Shown here: positions 46,452 through 55,557 of the stretch, piece after piece
Position numbering within the stretch: position 1 is the stretch's first letter
Layout: each line of letters starts with the position of its first letter
Assembly: GCA_001029735.1 (NCBI GenBank)
Contig: CP011213.1
Coordinates: 76,087 to 140,086, forward strand
Reading direction: 5' to 3'
Source of the DNA: Berkelbacteria bacterium GW2011_GWE1_39_12
GTDB lineage: Bacteria; Patescibacteriota; UBA1384; UBA12157
DNA: 64,000 nucleotides
The notes under the pieces: model-generated
The model's input: the letters and a program-made list of their open reading frames with translations, nothing else
What the model was told of the DNA's origin: nothing
The model's database searches: none
Made by a program: the position numbers and the translations under genes

Positions 46452-46898
46452 TCAAATGCCTAGCTCAGACATATGTTTGGCAATCTGATCGGTCGACTTT
46501 TCTGTTTTGGCTTTGTATTCTCTCCAGGTCGATTGATCCCAAATTTCCAAACGGTTAAAAAGTCCTGCAACTACGGCATATTTTTTCAAACCGGCATAAG
46601 CCTTTAAATAACCAGGAAGTAAGATTCTGCCTTGACTATCAAATTCTACTTCCATGGCCCCGGCCAGCATCAGACGAGAAAACGCTCGCGAGTTGGCATC
46701 GGATAAAGGTAAATTAGAAAGTTTCTCGGCGAGTGTCGTCCATTCTTTTTTTGGAAAGAGCCAGAGACAATTATCAATACCGCGAGTTACGACAGCGCCA
46801 CTACCAATATCACGCCGCATTTTAGATGGGACGGCCATTCTCCCCTTTTCATCAATTGCGTGTTCGTACTCTCCAATAAACATTGTTAATTTCCCCAC
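46452..46898 (-). CDS. mraZ: Transcriptional regulator MraZ.
   Basis: Duplicated SpoVT/AbrB-like halves, DEKGRMAVP and D.QGRILLP. Confidence 0.85.
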   Translation of the reverse strand: MGKLTMFIGEYEHAIDEKGRMAVPSKMRRDIGSGAVVTRGIDNCLWLFPKKEWTTLAEKLSNLPLSDANSRAFSRLMLAGAMEVEFDSQGRILLPGYLKAYAGLKKYAVVAGLFNRLEIWDQSTWREYKAKTEKSTDQIAKHMSELGI

Positions 46899-47003
46899 AT
46901 TTATCCACCTATCAACACTTCTCTTTCATCTTATGCCACCTGTATTTTCCTGTCAAGTACCATTTCCCCACCAAAATAACAGGTTAGAATGTAAACAACT
47001 TCA

Positions 47004-47020
47004 AAAGGGTGTGGATAAGT
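47004..47020. repeat. Copy C (partial) of the GGGTGTGGATAAGT element in the mraZ promoter region. It contains a perfect DnaA-box sequence.
   Basis: AAAAGGGTGTGGATAAGTC. TGTGGATAA is the reverse complement of TTATCCACA. Confidence 0.6.
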
Positions 47021-47174
47021 CAATAATAATCTGATATTATCTAGCTATTGGACTACATACTCCTGCCCTACCCTTGGGATGCAACAAAAGGAGTCCAATT
47101 AATTAAAAATCAAGGGCCCCAAACTATCCATGTAGTCGAACTGGATAGCAACATCAACTAATTTTGGAGTCAAA

Positions 47175-47381
47175 ATGGACAAAGAAGAAAAACAAAAATT
47201 CTCTCAAGCTATTGAAGAGAATTTATTGGAAAGCGCAAGAAACGACAAGTATCCATTGTGGCGAAGATCGCATTGGGATGAATGGGGCTCACCAGTCGGA
47301 CTAACTATTGCCTGGGCGCTATTCATTATTCCGATCGGAATCACTCTTTGGCTACTTCATCTGGCCAACATCATCCACTAA
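47175..47381 (+). CDS. Small membrane protein (68 aa).
   Basis: ORF with an AT-rich leader. C-terminal TM helix. Own terminator at 47397-47420. Confidence 0.45.
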   Translation: MDKEEKQKFSQAIEENLLESARNDKYPLWRRSHWDEWGSPVGLTIAWALFIIPIGITLWLLHLANIIH

Positions 47382-47396
47382 GATGATTTAAAAAAA

Positions 47397-47420
47397 ACGG
47401 CTCACTCGAGTCGTTTTTTT
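47397..47420 (+). terminator. Rho-independent terminator.
   Basis: ACGGCTC-actc-GAGTCGT + T7. Confidence 0.55.
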
Positions 47421-47427
47421 AAATAAA

Positions 47428-47457
47428 AACACCCCCGGAGGGGTGTGGATAAGTTAT
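47428..47457. repeat. Copy A of the 30-bp element TAAAAACACCCCCGGAGGGGTGTGGATAAGTT. The GC hairpin acts as a terminator for the minus-strand gene, and is followed by a DnaA-box sequence.
   Basis: CACCCC-cgga-GGGGTG stem. In minus orientation the hairpin is followed by TTTTTATTT. Confidence 0.65.
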
Positions 47458-47481
47458 GTTTGAACAAACACTTCGACTGGA

Positions 47482-48135
47482 TTATTCGCCCAGCGAGAGG
47501 TTAACTGACGGCAGATTGGACAAGCCACCAGATTTCGAAACGGCGGCGGCAATGGTAGCGAAAGAACTCAGCGGACTCGTTGCCGGCTGAATCTTGGCTA
47601 GAATAATGGCGAATGCCTGCTCAGGACTGAACTCGGCTTTGATCAGAGCATCGTACTCTGCCTTTTGCATTTCAGCCCGATACTCCATGATTTCGATTGA
47701 AACCGGCTTGAGTTCATTTGCGACCTTCAGACCGATGTCTGCCGGGAGCTTCATCATGGCGGTGATGTCAGGAAGATACGCTTCGATGATCGGTATGAAC
47801 GCCGGCAGCACCTTTTTCACAATTCCAACATAGTCCGTCAGAGCATCGATGTCCCCAGCCATACTCATGACAAGCATTACGATGCCCATTTGCTTTTCCA
47901 AGGTCTCTTTCCTGGCATTCAGTTCTTCGAGGTTTGTCTCCGCGGCTTCTCTCTCATCGTCCGTGAGCTGGACTACTTCAGCGCCTTCTTCTGCCGGCTC
48001 CGGATTCAGTCTGTCGGCGATCTCATCGATCTCCTTGTAGATGCCGTCGTACTCAGTTTGCATTGCTTCGATTACAGTCGCCAAAGCTTCCAATATCGGA
48101 TTCTTCGCGCCTTCGCCTTTGCTTACCTCTGTCAC
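47482..48135 (-). CDS. Hypothetical protein (217 aa), GC-rich, acidic. No recognised domain.
   Basis: 654-nt ORF at roughly 50% GC, bracketed by the two 30-bp hairpin elements. Confidence 0.55.
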   Translation of the reverse strand: MTEVSKGEGAKNPILEALATVIEAMQTEYDGIYKEIDEIADRLNPEPAEEGAEVVQLTDDEREAAETNLEELNARKETLEKQMGIVMLVMSMAGDIDALTDYVGIVKKVLPAFIPIIEAYLPDITAMMKLPADIGLKVANELKPVSIEIMEYRAEMQKAEYDALIKAEFSPEQAFAIILAKIQPATSPLSSFATIAAAVSKSGGLSNLPSVNLSLGE

Positions 48136-48261
48136 TGTATAGATCCCCTTTCGAATTGAAGTAACTACTCTGGCATAATAACAAATTATGACTCGGCTGT
48201 CAAATGATAACCACCGGCGAATGCCGGTGGTATCTATCCTGCCCGCTGATCGCGGGCGAGG

Positions 48262-48744
48262 TTACAACAGGACTGGTTGAGCTGATTGCTGTTTGTCTTG
48301 GTTTTGAATGTATTTTCTGATTGCTATTTCACTGATGCCGATAGTGGAAACAAAGTATCCACGACTCCAAAAGGTTCCTAAGGGAATCTTTTTGTTTTTC
48401 TTTTTGATCCAAGCGGATGATTTACCTTTCAGAATGCTCATGGCGTAGCTAACAGAGTATTTAGGAGGAATAGAAATATAGATATGAATATGGTCATCGG
48501 CAATATGGATTTCGTAAATCACAAGTCCTTTCCATTTGGCGATCATCTTGAAGATACGTTCAAATTCTTGTTTAATATAGGTAGAACACATGACTCTACC
48601 GCGATACTTTGGTGACCAGACCAAGTGGTATCGACAACAGTATAACGCATGATTTAGTTGGTACAATCGAGAATTAGACAATAAAATCACCTCCTTCCTT
48701 CGTCGGGGTGATTTTATTGTAACGCGATGCTTTAAAACGCACAC
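48262..48744 (-). CDS. tnpA: IS200/IS605-family transposase TnpA (HUH, Y1).
   Basis: YHLVWSPKYR, HUH motif DDHIHIYISIPPKYSVS, catalytic Tyr region WSRGYFVSTIG. Confidence 0.8.
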   Translation of the reverse strand: MCVLKHRVTIKSPRRRKEVILLSNSRLYQLNHALYCCRYHLVWSPKYRGRVMCSTYIKQEFERIFKMIAKWKGLVIYEIHIADDHIHIYISIPPKYSVSYAMSILKGKSSAWIKKKNKKIPLGTFWSRGYFVSTIGISEIAIRKYIQNQDKQQSAQPVLL

Positions 48745-48778
48745 GCCAGCTAAAGCTGGCGGATTTTCCTTTAACTAA

Positions 48779-48808
48779 AAACACCCCCGAGGGGGTGTGG
48801 ATAAATTG
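48779..48808. repeat. Copy B of the 30-bp hairpin + DnaA-box element (TAAAAACACCCCCGAGGGGGTGTGGATAAATT).
   Basis: Near-identical to copy A. It acts as the terminator of the formyltransferase gene and lies just upstream of tnpA. Confidence 0.65.
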
Positions 48809-48819
48809 AGCATTTGTTG

Positions 48820-49461
48820 TTAACCGTCCAAGCACCAAGGAGGCACAGAAAGACTTCTTTTGTCCTTACCATCCCAGCTAATGCCACCAGTAACCACCAT
48901 CTGTGTGATGATCGGTTGATAGGTGTGTTCAGCGACATTTACCCTTTGTGCCAACGACTCAGGCGTGTCATTATCTAGAATTTTGATCCTTTTTACAAAG
49001 ATAATTGGACCGTCGTCATACTTTTCCGTGACAAAATGCATAGTTACGGCTGTGTGAGTGATCTCTCCCCGACTGTACGCAGCCATAACTGCTTCATGAA
49101 CATGGTGACCGTAAAATCCTTGGCCACCAAACTGAGGCAATGGTCCAGGATGAATATTAATTGTGATTTTCGGGTCAAGACCAACAACTGGCCTTAACCA
49201 GCCAGAAAGACAAATAAGATGTGGCTGAAATTCATCTACGAATATCTGATACTCCTCGGCTTCCCACGGACCGGTGAAGAGTCTGAAAGGAACTGTAAGC
49301 CGATCTGCTTTTTGCTGCACTCCGCCATTGTAATGAGTCGAAACAACACCGACAATTTTTGCATCTAGCGTTCCCTTAAGCGTTGCTTCAACCAAATTTA
49401 CAAATCCAGACCCGCCACCCGTCTTTGTGCCATTCACAAATACCAATATCCGCTTTTCCAC
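48820..49461 (-). CDS. Formyltransferase-domain protein (PurN/Fmt N-terminal-domain-like).
   Basis: LICLSGWLRPVV...ITINIHPGPLPQFGG resembles the formyltransferase SLLP/HPS motif region. Confidence 0.55.
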   Translation of the reverse strand: MEKRILVFVNGTKTGGGSGFVNLVEATLKGTLDAKIVGVVSTHYNGGVQQKADRLTVPFRLFTGPWEAEEYQIFVDEFQPHLICLSGWLRPVVGLDPKITINIHPGPLPQFGGQGFYGHHVHEAVMAAYSRGEITHTAVTMHFVTEKYDDGPIIFVKRIKILDNDTPESLAQRVNVAEHTYQPIITQMVVTGGISWDGKDKRSLSVPPWCLDG

Positions 49462-49557
49462 TGAACACCCCCCCTAAACTATACTTCTGAATTCTTAAAA
49501 TTTGTCTCAACACAAAAATACAGCCACCAGAAAAAAATAGCAAATTATATTAGTTAT

Positions 49558-50043
49558 TTATAGATCTTTTTTGAGTCCGATTTCAAAGACTTCAAAGTCT
49601 TGCTTCTTATAAAAATCGATCCCTTTAAGGTTCGGCGATGAGGCTAAAACCATTATACGATCAGCATTATTTTCTTTAGCCCATTTTTTAAAATCATCGA
49701 CAAGTTGAGTACCAATTCCCCTGCTACGGTATTCTTCTAAAACAATCGTGTTATTTATCTCTGCGATTTTTAACACTTCATTTTTTGTATTTTTATACTC
49801 ATCATCGCTTCTAATTGATGCGGCGAGGTAGCCGATTATATTACCACCCGTTTCAGCAATGAACACTTTTCGGTTTTTGTCAGTCAGTTGTTTTTTAAAG
49901 AAATCGATACCAGTTTCGTTAAATGGCCAATCAGTATCATATAAACTATCGTATTCCCTTTGCTCTTTTACAAACAAAAGATGACTCAGTTTTTGAATCT
50001 CTCCCAAATCCTCGATTTTACCCGACCGTATTTGAATATTCAT
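49558..50043 (-). CDS. GNAT family N-acetyltransferase.
   Basis: RSRGIGTQLV acetyl-CoA binding motif (R/Q-x-x-G-x-G/A). Confidence 0.7.
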   Translation of the reverse strand: MNIQIRSGKIEDLGEIQKLSHLLFVKEQREYDSLYDTDWPFNETGIDFFKKQLTDKNRKVFIAETGGNIIGYLAASIRSDDEYKNTKNEVLKIAEINNTIVLEEYRSRGIGTQLVDDFKKWAKENNADRIMVLASSPNLKGIDFYKKQDFEVFEIGLKKDL

Positions 50044-51368
50044 TAGATAATATTTAATTTTTCAAATAAGTAGTTCTTTAGTTCTTTTATTTCGACTCGC
50101 TCTTGTTTCATGGTATCGCGGTCGCGGACGGTGACTTTTTGATCTTCCAATGAATCAAAATCAAAGGTGACACAGAATGGCGTGCCGATTTCATCTTGGC
50201 GGCGGTAGCGTCGGCCAATTGATCCAGACTCATCAAACTCAGCCGGCCAACACTTTTTCAAGTCTTCGTAAACTTCTCTTGCCTCTTTGGATATCTTTTT
50301 GACAAGAGGAAAAACGGCGACTTTAACTGGTGCAAGCTTTGGATCCAAATGTAAAACAATTTCTTTTTCAGTAACGGCTTCGGTTGTTTCCGTGCGAGAT
50401 TCTAATTCTTCAAAAGCATCGCAAATTACCGCGAGCAATAATCGCTCGACACCCAATGTCGGCTCGATTACATATGGCCAATATTTTTCTTTGGCTTCTT
50501 CATCAAAATATTTTAGATCTTTACCAGATGCTTCTTCATGCGATTTCAAATCAAAATCTGTCCGGTTAGCAACACCAGCCAGCTCTTTAAACCCAAAAGG
50601 AAAGTTGTACTGTAAATCGGTGGTTCCTTTGGAATAATGAGCTAACCCTTCTTTTGGATGTTCGTAATTCTGAAGGTTTTCTTTTTTAATCCCACAAGAT
50701 AAGACGAACTCTTCCCAGCGCTTTAACCATTCATCAAAAGATTTCTCGTCATCGCCTGGTTTTACAAAATATTCGATTTCCGCAATTTCAAATTCACGAA
50801 CACGGAAGAGATAATCCTTAGTATTAATTTCATTTCTAAAACACTTGCCTATTTGGGCAATACCAACTGGCAATTTTTTACGTGAGGTTTCTAAAACTTG
50901 CTTGAAATCAGTAAACATACCTTGAGCCGTTTCGGGGCGAAGATATGTTTTAGCGTCTTCGTCTTTAACGACGCCGATATACGTTTCAAACATAGCATTA
51001 AATGCTTTCGGCTCAGTTAGTTCATGCGCACCGCCCGATGGGCATTTTCCTTCCGCGACATCATCAGCCTTAAAACGCTGATGACATTTTTTACATTCAA
51101 CCAATTCATCTGTGAAGCCTGCTTCATGGCCAGATGCTTGCCAAACTTTTCGATTCATCAAAATGGCGGACTCTAACCCTACGACATCATCACGATCTTC
51201 AACAAAAGTTTTCCACCAAAGTTTTTTTATGTTATTTTTGAGGGCGACGCCATACGGACCGAGGTCATAAATTCCACCAATGCCACCGTATATTTCTGAT
51301 CCTGGCATAATGTATCCACGTCGTTTTGCCCAGCTAACAATTTTTTCTAAATCTTTGTTTTCTGCCAT
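50043..51368 (-). CDS. glyS: Glycine--tRNA ligase, alpha2 (archaeal/eukaryal-type) form.
   Basis: N-terminal YIMPGSEIYGG...YDLGPYG motif block characteristic of class II GlyRS alpha2. 441 aa. Confidence 0.8.
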   Translation of the reverse strand: MAENKDLEKIVSWAKRRGYIMPGSEIYGGIGGIYDLGPYGVALKNNIKKLWWKTFVEDRDDVVGLESAILMNRKVWQASGHEAGFTDELVECKKCHQRFKADDVAEGKCPSGGAHELTEPKAFNAMFETYIGVVKDEDAKTYLRPETAQGMFTDFKQVLETSRKKLPVGIAQIGKCFRNEINTKDYLFRVREFEIAEIEYFVKPGDDEKSFDEWLKRWEEFVLSCGIKKENLQNYEHPKEGLAHYSKGTTDLQYNFPFGFKELAGVANRTDFDLKSHEEASGKDLKYFDEEAKEKYWPYVIEPTLGVERLLLAVICDAFEELESRTETTEAVTEKEIVLHLDPKLAPVKVAVFPLVKKISKEAREVYEDLKKCWPAEFDESGSIGRRYRRQDEIGTPFCVTFDFDSLEDQKVTVRDRDTMKQERVEIKELKNYLFEKLNII

Positions 51369-51388
51369 ATTGTCTCCCAGCTAAATTT

Positions 51389-52066
51389 TTAATCTATATT
51401 AATTTCATCATATACTTTTTTTACCTGTTGGGCAACGGCTGAATTGCTATCAACAAGTTCAATCTGATCTCCAACGATCTTTTGAATTTGATTTTTTATT
51501 AAAGTGTAATGAGTACAACCGAGAACTATTACGTCGATATTTTTGTTTTTATAATTTTCCCAAATTTTTGTTACACCTAACCCAGCCACGCCTATTTTAT
51601 TATTCTCAATTTCACCAGCAAGGTTTTCGAAAGGAATTTTGTAAACGATAATATCTTTGCAATATTCATTAATCAATCGGTCGGTCGCTTCACTTTTAGA
51701 CGTGATCGGCGTCGCAAAAACCGCGATATTTTTGGTTTTTGTATTTTTTGCCGCCATTTTAATTGCCGGTTCCACGCCAACGATTGGGATATTAAATCTT
51801 TCTCTTAAATAATTAATCGACGTTACTGTCGCCGAATTACAGGCTAAAACAATAATTTCCGTGCCTTTTGAAATTAATTCCGAAATATTTTTTTCTAAAA
51901 TTCTATTTAGTTCTTCAACTTCTTTAGTGCCGTATGGAAAATTTTTAGAATCAGCGAAATATATTATTTCCGCTTGTGGAATCAATTTTTTAATTTCTTT
52001 TTTGATGCCCCTGCCGCCGATTCCGCTATCGATTATGCCAATTTTTTTCATCTTCTCCTCTCTCAT
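51389..52066 (-). CDS. murI: Glutamate racemase (short form).
   Basis: DSGIGG, ACNSAT and GCTHY motifs. Confidence 0.8.
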   Translation of the reverse strand: MREEKMKKIGIIDSGIGGRGIKKEIKKLIPQAEIIYFADSKNFPYGTKEVEELNRILEKNISELISKGTEIIVLACNSATVTSINYLRERFNIPIVGVEPAIKMAAKNTKTKNIAVFATPITSKSEATDRLINEYCKDIIVYKIPFENLAGEIENNKIGVAGLGVTKIWENYKNKNIDVIVLGCTHYTLIKNQIQKIVGDQIELVDSNSAVAQQVKKVYDEINID

Positions 52067-52075
52067 GATTTGCGC

Positions 52076-52804
52076 TTAAATAAGAAAGCTTTCTGATTTT
52101 AAATTTTCCGGATGAAGATTTTTAAAATAGTACTTAATTAATTTAGTTATTTCTTTCTCAGTTATTTTATTTAATTTTATTTTTAAAATATTTTTGATTT
52201 TATGTTTCAAAATTAGGCGTAATAATTTAATGGTCTCGTCGGAAATTTTAAGATCGGCCTTGCAAGCAGGGCAAGCCAAGCCACCGTTTTCTACACTAAA
52301 GAAATTACCTTCGGGCGTAATTTTTTCGCCGCACGCAAGACATTCGTAAAGCTCCGGCTCAAAACCAGTATCTGACAAAAAATTTATTTCAAAAAAAGGC
52401 AAAATTAACGGATGAATTGTCTGATCATTATCATCTAACTCACTTAAGCATTCGGAAAATAAATTGAAAATTTGTTCATGCGGCTCATCATCCGGTAATC
52501 TTTTTTCGATAATTTCCGCCATATAGTACGCAGACTGAGTTGCTTTCAGATTTTTTCGGAGTCCAGGAAAGCATTCTGTCATTTCAGCTGAAGTCAAAAT
52601 GTCTAAGTTCCGGCCTTCGGCCAACATAAAATTACCTGCCGTAAATAGCTCGCAATTTCCGGCGAGCTTAGATAAAGTTTTTCTGATGCCTTTGGCCACA
52701 ACTCGAATCTTGCCGCGATCTTGAGTCAAAATCGTTAAAATGCGATCTGCTTCGCCTAAGTTAGTTCGCTTTAAAATTATGCCTTTAGTTTTGAATATCG
52801 CCAT
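52076..52804 (-). CDS. recO: DNA repair protein RecO.
   Basis: N-terminal OB fold (GIILKRTNLGEADRILTILT). C4 zinc motif CLACGEK...CPACK. Confidence 0.75.
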   Translation of the reverse strand: MAIFKTKGIILKRTNLGEADRILTILTQDRGKIRVVAKGIRKTLSKLAGNCELFTAGNFMLAEGRNLDILTSAEMTECFPGLRKNLKATQSAYYMAEIIEKRLPDDEPHEQIFNLFSECLSELDDNDQTIHPLILPFFEINFLSDTGFEPELYECLACGEKITPEGNFFSVENGGLACPACKADLKISDETIKLLRLILKHKIKNILKIKLNKITEKEITKLIKYYFKNLHPENLKSESFLI

Positions 52805-53555
52805 CGGCGCTTCTTTGCTTTAAGATTCCTTCAGCCGCCTTTTGCTGTGCTGGCGTATTGATTCCAAAAGCTTCGCTTTCTTCAGAGACTGGCATTGCAT
52901 ACAAGCGTTTCCCCTGACTAACGGCCATACTAATTAAATCGGTTAAATAATATTCATTCTGTGCATTTTCAGTGGACAAGCGATCGATATTTTCCCAAAG
53001 CCATTTTGAATTAAAGATGTAGAAAGCAGGATTCCATTCTTTGATTAGCGCTTGGTCCGGAGTGCAATCTTTTTGTTCGACAATGCCGGTCACATGACCA
53101 GATTCATCTTCACGTAAAATTCGCCCATAACCCGTTGGATCATCTGAAATAACTGAAAGCATGGCGATCGTTGGCTGACGTTCTTCATAAATATCGATTA
53201 ATTTTTTAATAGTTTCAGGCTTAAATAATGGACAATCACCGCCAAAAACAATCACCGCATCAACTTTATCTTCGAGTAATTCTTTTGCCATTTTAACAGC
53301 GTGGCCTGTGCCCAATTGTTCTTGTTGAATTGCATATTCAACTTTTGAACCCATGTAGTCTTGGACCGTTTCTTTCTTATAACCCACAACTAAAACAATT
53401 TTTTCTATCCCTGCGTCTTGAACCGATTTGACAGCATAAGAAATAATTGGTTTACCCGACAATTCATACATTACCTTTGGAATTGGGCTGGCAGTGCCTT
53501 CATTCATTCTTGTACCTTTGCCGGCCGCTAAAATAACTGCTGCGTATTTTTGCAT
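52785..53555 (-). CDS. Sugar-phosphate nucleotidyltransferase (GlmU N-terminal-domain-like, no LbH acetyltransferase domain).
   Basis: AVILAAGKGTRM (GxGxR motif), LVVGY, FGGDCPL. Confidence 0.7.
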   Translation of the reverse strand: MQKYAAVILAAGKGTRMNEGTASPIPKVMYELSGKPIISYAVKSVQDAGIEKIVLVVGYKKETVQDYMGSKVEYAIQQEQLGTGHAVKMAKELLEDKVDAVIVFGGDCPLFKPETIKKLIDIYEERQPTIAMLSVISDDPTGYGRILREDESGHVTGIVEQKDCTPDQALIKEWNPAFYIFNSKWLWENIDRLSTENAQNEYYLTDLISMAVSQGKRLYAMPVSEESEAFGINTPAQQKAAEGILKQRSADGDIQN

Positions 53556-53681
53556 ATTAAAATCTCCTCTTTAACTTAATTACATCTTAACCGATATTAA
53601 TATGCAGGTAAAGCGTTGACAAAAAACGCCATTTTCAGGTACAATAAGCACAGCGAAATACGGTTAAGAAGGAGAAGGAGA

Positions 53682-54083
53682 ATGATCGTTGCAAACGCGT
53701 GGATAGGTCTAGTGTTTTTCTGCGGCCTAATGCTCGCAATAGTCTGCTACATCGCCTGGTGCAAAAAACAATGGTTTTATGCCGTAACCTGCACGATTTC
53801 CTCAATAATATGTATAATGTCAGTCGTTATTATGCCATTAACGGGAAGCGCCGCCAAAGAACTGCCGCCAGACGCCAAGTACGACGTTTATCTACCGCAA
53901 GATGGTTATTTCGTCATTCTCGATCGAGGAAATACCGACAAAAGAGTTACGCCGACACTCGTGAAACTCAACCCCAAACTCGTGGAGTTCAAAAAGACCG
54001 ACAAATCGCCGAATATGGTCGTCGAGCCTCGTGCCGACGAAAGTTGGACAGGCAAGAAAGTTACCGTCTATCTCAACCATTAG
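53682..54083 (+). CDS. Small membrane protein (133 aa), relatively GC-rich.
   Basis: AAGGAGAAGGAGA RBS before the ATG at 53682 (the ORF track starts earlier, at 53616). Two TM helices. Terminator follows. Confidence 0.5.
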   Translation: MIVANAWIGLVFFCGLMLAIVCYIAWCKKQWFYAVTCTISSIICIMSVVIMPLTGSAAKELPPDAKYDVYLPQDGYFVILDRGNTDKRVTPTLVKLNPKLVEFKKTDKSPNMVVEPRADESWTGKKVTVYLNH

Positions 54084-54089
54084 ATTCCA

Positions 54090-54126
54090 AAACCGCCCCA
54101 AATTTTACTCAGGGCGGTTTTTTAGC
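54090..54126 (+). terminator. Rho-independent terminator.
   Basis: AAACCGCCC-N13-GGGCGGTTT + TTT. Confidence 0.65.
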
Positions 54127-54176
54127 TTCAAAGATTGCTTCCTCTTCGACAAGTTCAGGGTCGCAATGACAAACTG

Positions 54177-54800
54177 CTAATTTAATTTAAAGGTTTCAAT
54201 TATTCCTTTTACATCGAAATTCTTATCACAAAGATCGGTCGGACAAGCTTGCCAGCCACTATAAGCAAAAACATATTTATCATCTCTTGTAATTTCAGTT
54301 GGTGTTGCTCCCCCTTGGGATTCTTCAATCATCTTGTCCCAATTCGCTAAAGTATAGACAGAAATTATGAACGGAGTTGCAAAATCATCAAGTTCGGCCG
54401 GACCCGATTCTGACCAAGACGAATCTGTGGTTGGCATGGAAAAATAAATACTATCATAAGCAAGTGGATCGGAGGTATCCTTCTTCGATACTGCTTTAAA
54501 GCCTTCCCAAGTGTCGTTAAACATCATCGTGAAATCATAAGCACTGTTATTGTATGTCTTCCAATCAACAACAGTAGTAGTTGTCGGGCTAGAAGCTACT
54601 ACAGTCGGTGTCGTTGTTGTTTCTACTGGAGTTGCGGTTGTTTTAGTAGTTTTTTTAGCTGAAGAAAGAGGAGTGTTGTCGTAAATCGTGCTAATTTGAT
54701 CGTTAAAATACCAACAGCCGAATGCAACAATGCCTACTAATAAAGCGATCACCGACCAAGCAATCCAATGAGAAACGTGTTTTTTTTCTTGTGGTTCCAT
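54177..54800 (-). CDS. N-terminally anchored secreted/surface protein with a Thr-rich linker.
   Basis: TM anchor, then TTKTTATPVETTTTPTVVASSPTTTTVVD linker, then a globular domain with two Cys. Confidence 0.55.
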   Translation of the reverse strand: MEPQEKKHVSHWIAWSVIALLVGIVAFGCWYFNDQISTIYDNTPLSSAKKTTKTTATPVETTTTPTVVASSPTTTTVVDWKTYNNSAYDFTMMFNDTWEGFKAVSKKDTSDPLAYDSIYFSMPTTDSSWSESGPAELDDFATPFIISVYTLANWDKMIEESQGGATPTEITRDDKYVFAYSGWQACPTDLCDKNFDVKGIIETFKLN

Positions 54801-54916
54801 ATCCCCTCCTAAAGAGATCTTTAAAGTTTATTTCACATATATTGTACACTATTTAAGAAGTTTTTGACATCAAAAAGCGCCTCTTAAAAAGCGCTTTTTG
54901 GTTTTTTGAAAACTTA

Positions 54917-55513
54917 TTAAAACGACATTTCGGAAAGCATCTGGGTGAAGTCGGCTGATGCAGTTTCATCGCCCAAATCATAAGAATCCATGATGAAGGT
55001 AAAATCGTTCTTAGTGAAAACAACAACGCTTCCCTTTTTACCATCATTATCTTTGGCAATACCGCCATTTTTACCGAAAGTTCCTGTGATTTGCTGACCC
55101 GATGTTCCAGCGACAGTAACAGACCTCGCAACTCCATCGGTCATGTAGCCCTTGGTGGCGTCAGTATACAATTTGACTGTTGCATCCAAGTCAGCAGATG
55201 TTCCGCCAGTGTTCCTGTAAATATCCGCCATCACCTTGCCATCTTTTGTAAATTTAACACTGCCATCGCCAGTTAGTTCCCATACGTAGGTGTCTGGACG
55301 GTTAATTTTATACCCATGCTTAACCGATTCATATGTGCTCCATCCGGCCATTGGTTCGACGTCCGCTACAGAAGTCGTTGCTGTTGTTGACGAAGATTCT
55401 GCTTTCTTCCCTGGACCCATTAAGAAATACCATGCCAAAAATATGCCAATGGCGACTACCACAGCAATAATAATCAGCATCCATTTAGACTTCAACTTCG
55501 ATTCTTGTTCCAT
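54917..55513 (-). CDS. N-terminally anchored secreted/surface protein with a Ser/Thr-rich linker.
   Basis: Same architecture as the neighbouring gene, with a near-identical 5' UTR (CCCTCCTAAAGAGA). Confidence 0.55.
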   Translation of the reverse strand: MEQESKLKSKWMLIIIAVVVAIGIFLAWYFLMGPGKKAESSSTTATTSVADVEPMAGWSTYESVKHGYKINRPDTYVWELTGDGSVKFTKDGKVMADIYRNTGGTSADLDATVKLYTDATKGYMTDGVARSVTVAGTSGQQITGTFGKNGGIAKDNDGKKGSVVVFTKNDFTFIMDSYDLGDETASADFTQMLSEMSF

Positions 55514-55557
55514 TTTTCCCTCCTAAAGAGAATTAAATAAGTTTGTTTAAGTATATA

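Larger units (their letters stand above)
48190..48812 (-). mobile_element. IS200/IS605-family insertion sequence (tnpA only) with subterminal hairpins.
   Basis: HUH Y1 transposase gene. Upstream-end hairpin at 48782-48797 and two downstream-end hairpins (CCACCGGC-gaat-GCCGGTGG; GCCCGC-tgat-GCGGGC) at 48200-48262. The overall size of about 620 bp matches IS200. Confidence 0.55.

Noticed and set aside
46990-48812. Chromosomal origin (oriC) suggested by perfect DnaA boxes
   Set aside because: Only 3-4 boxes, spaced 400-1300 bp apart. No dnaA or dnaN nearby. No AT-rich DUE adjacent to a box cluster. Two of the boxes are part of a repeated terminator element.
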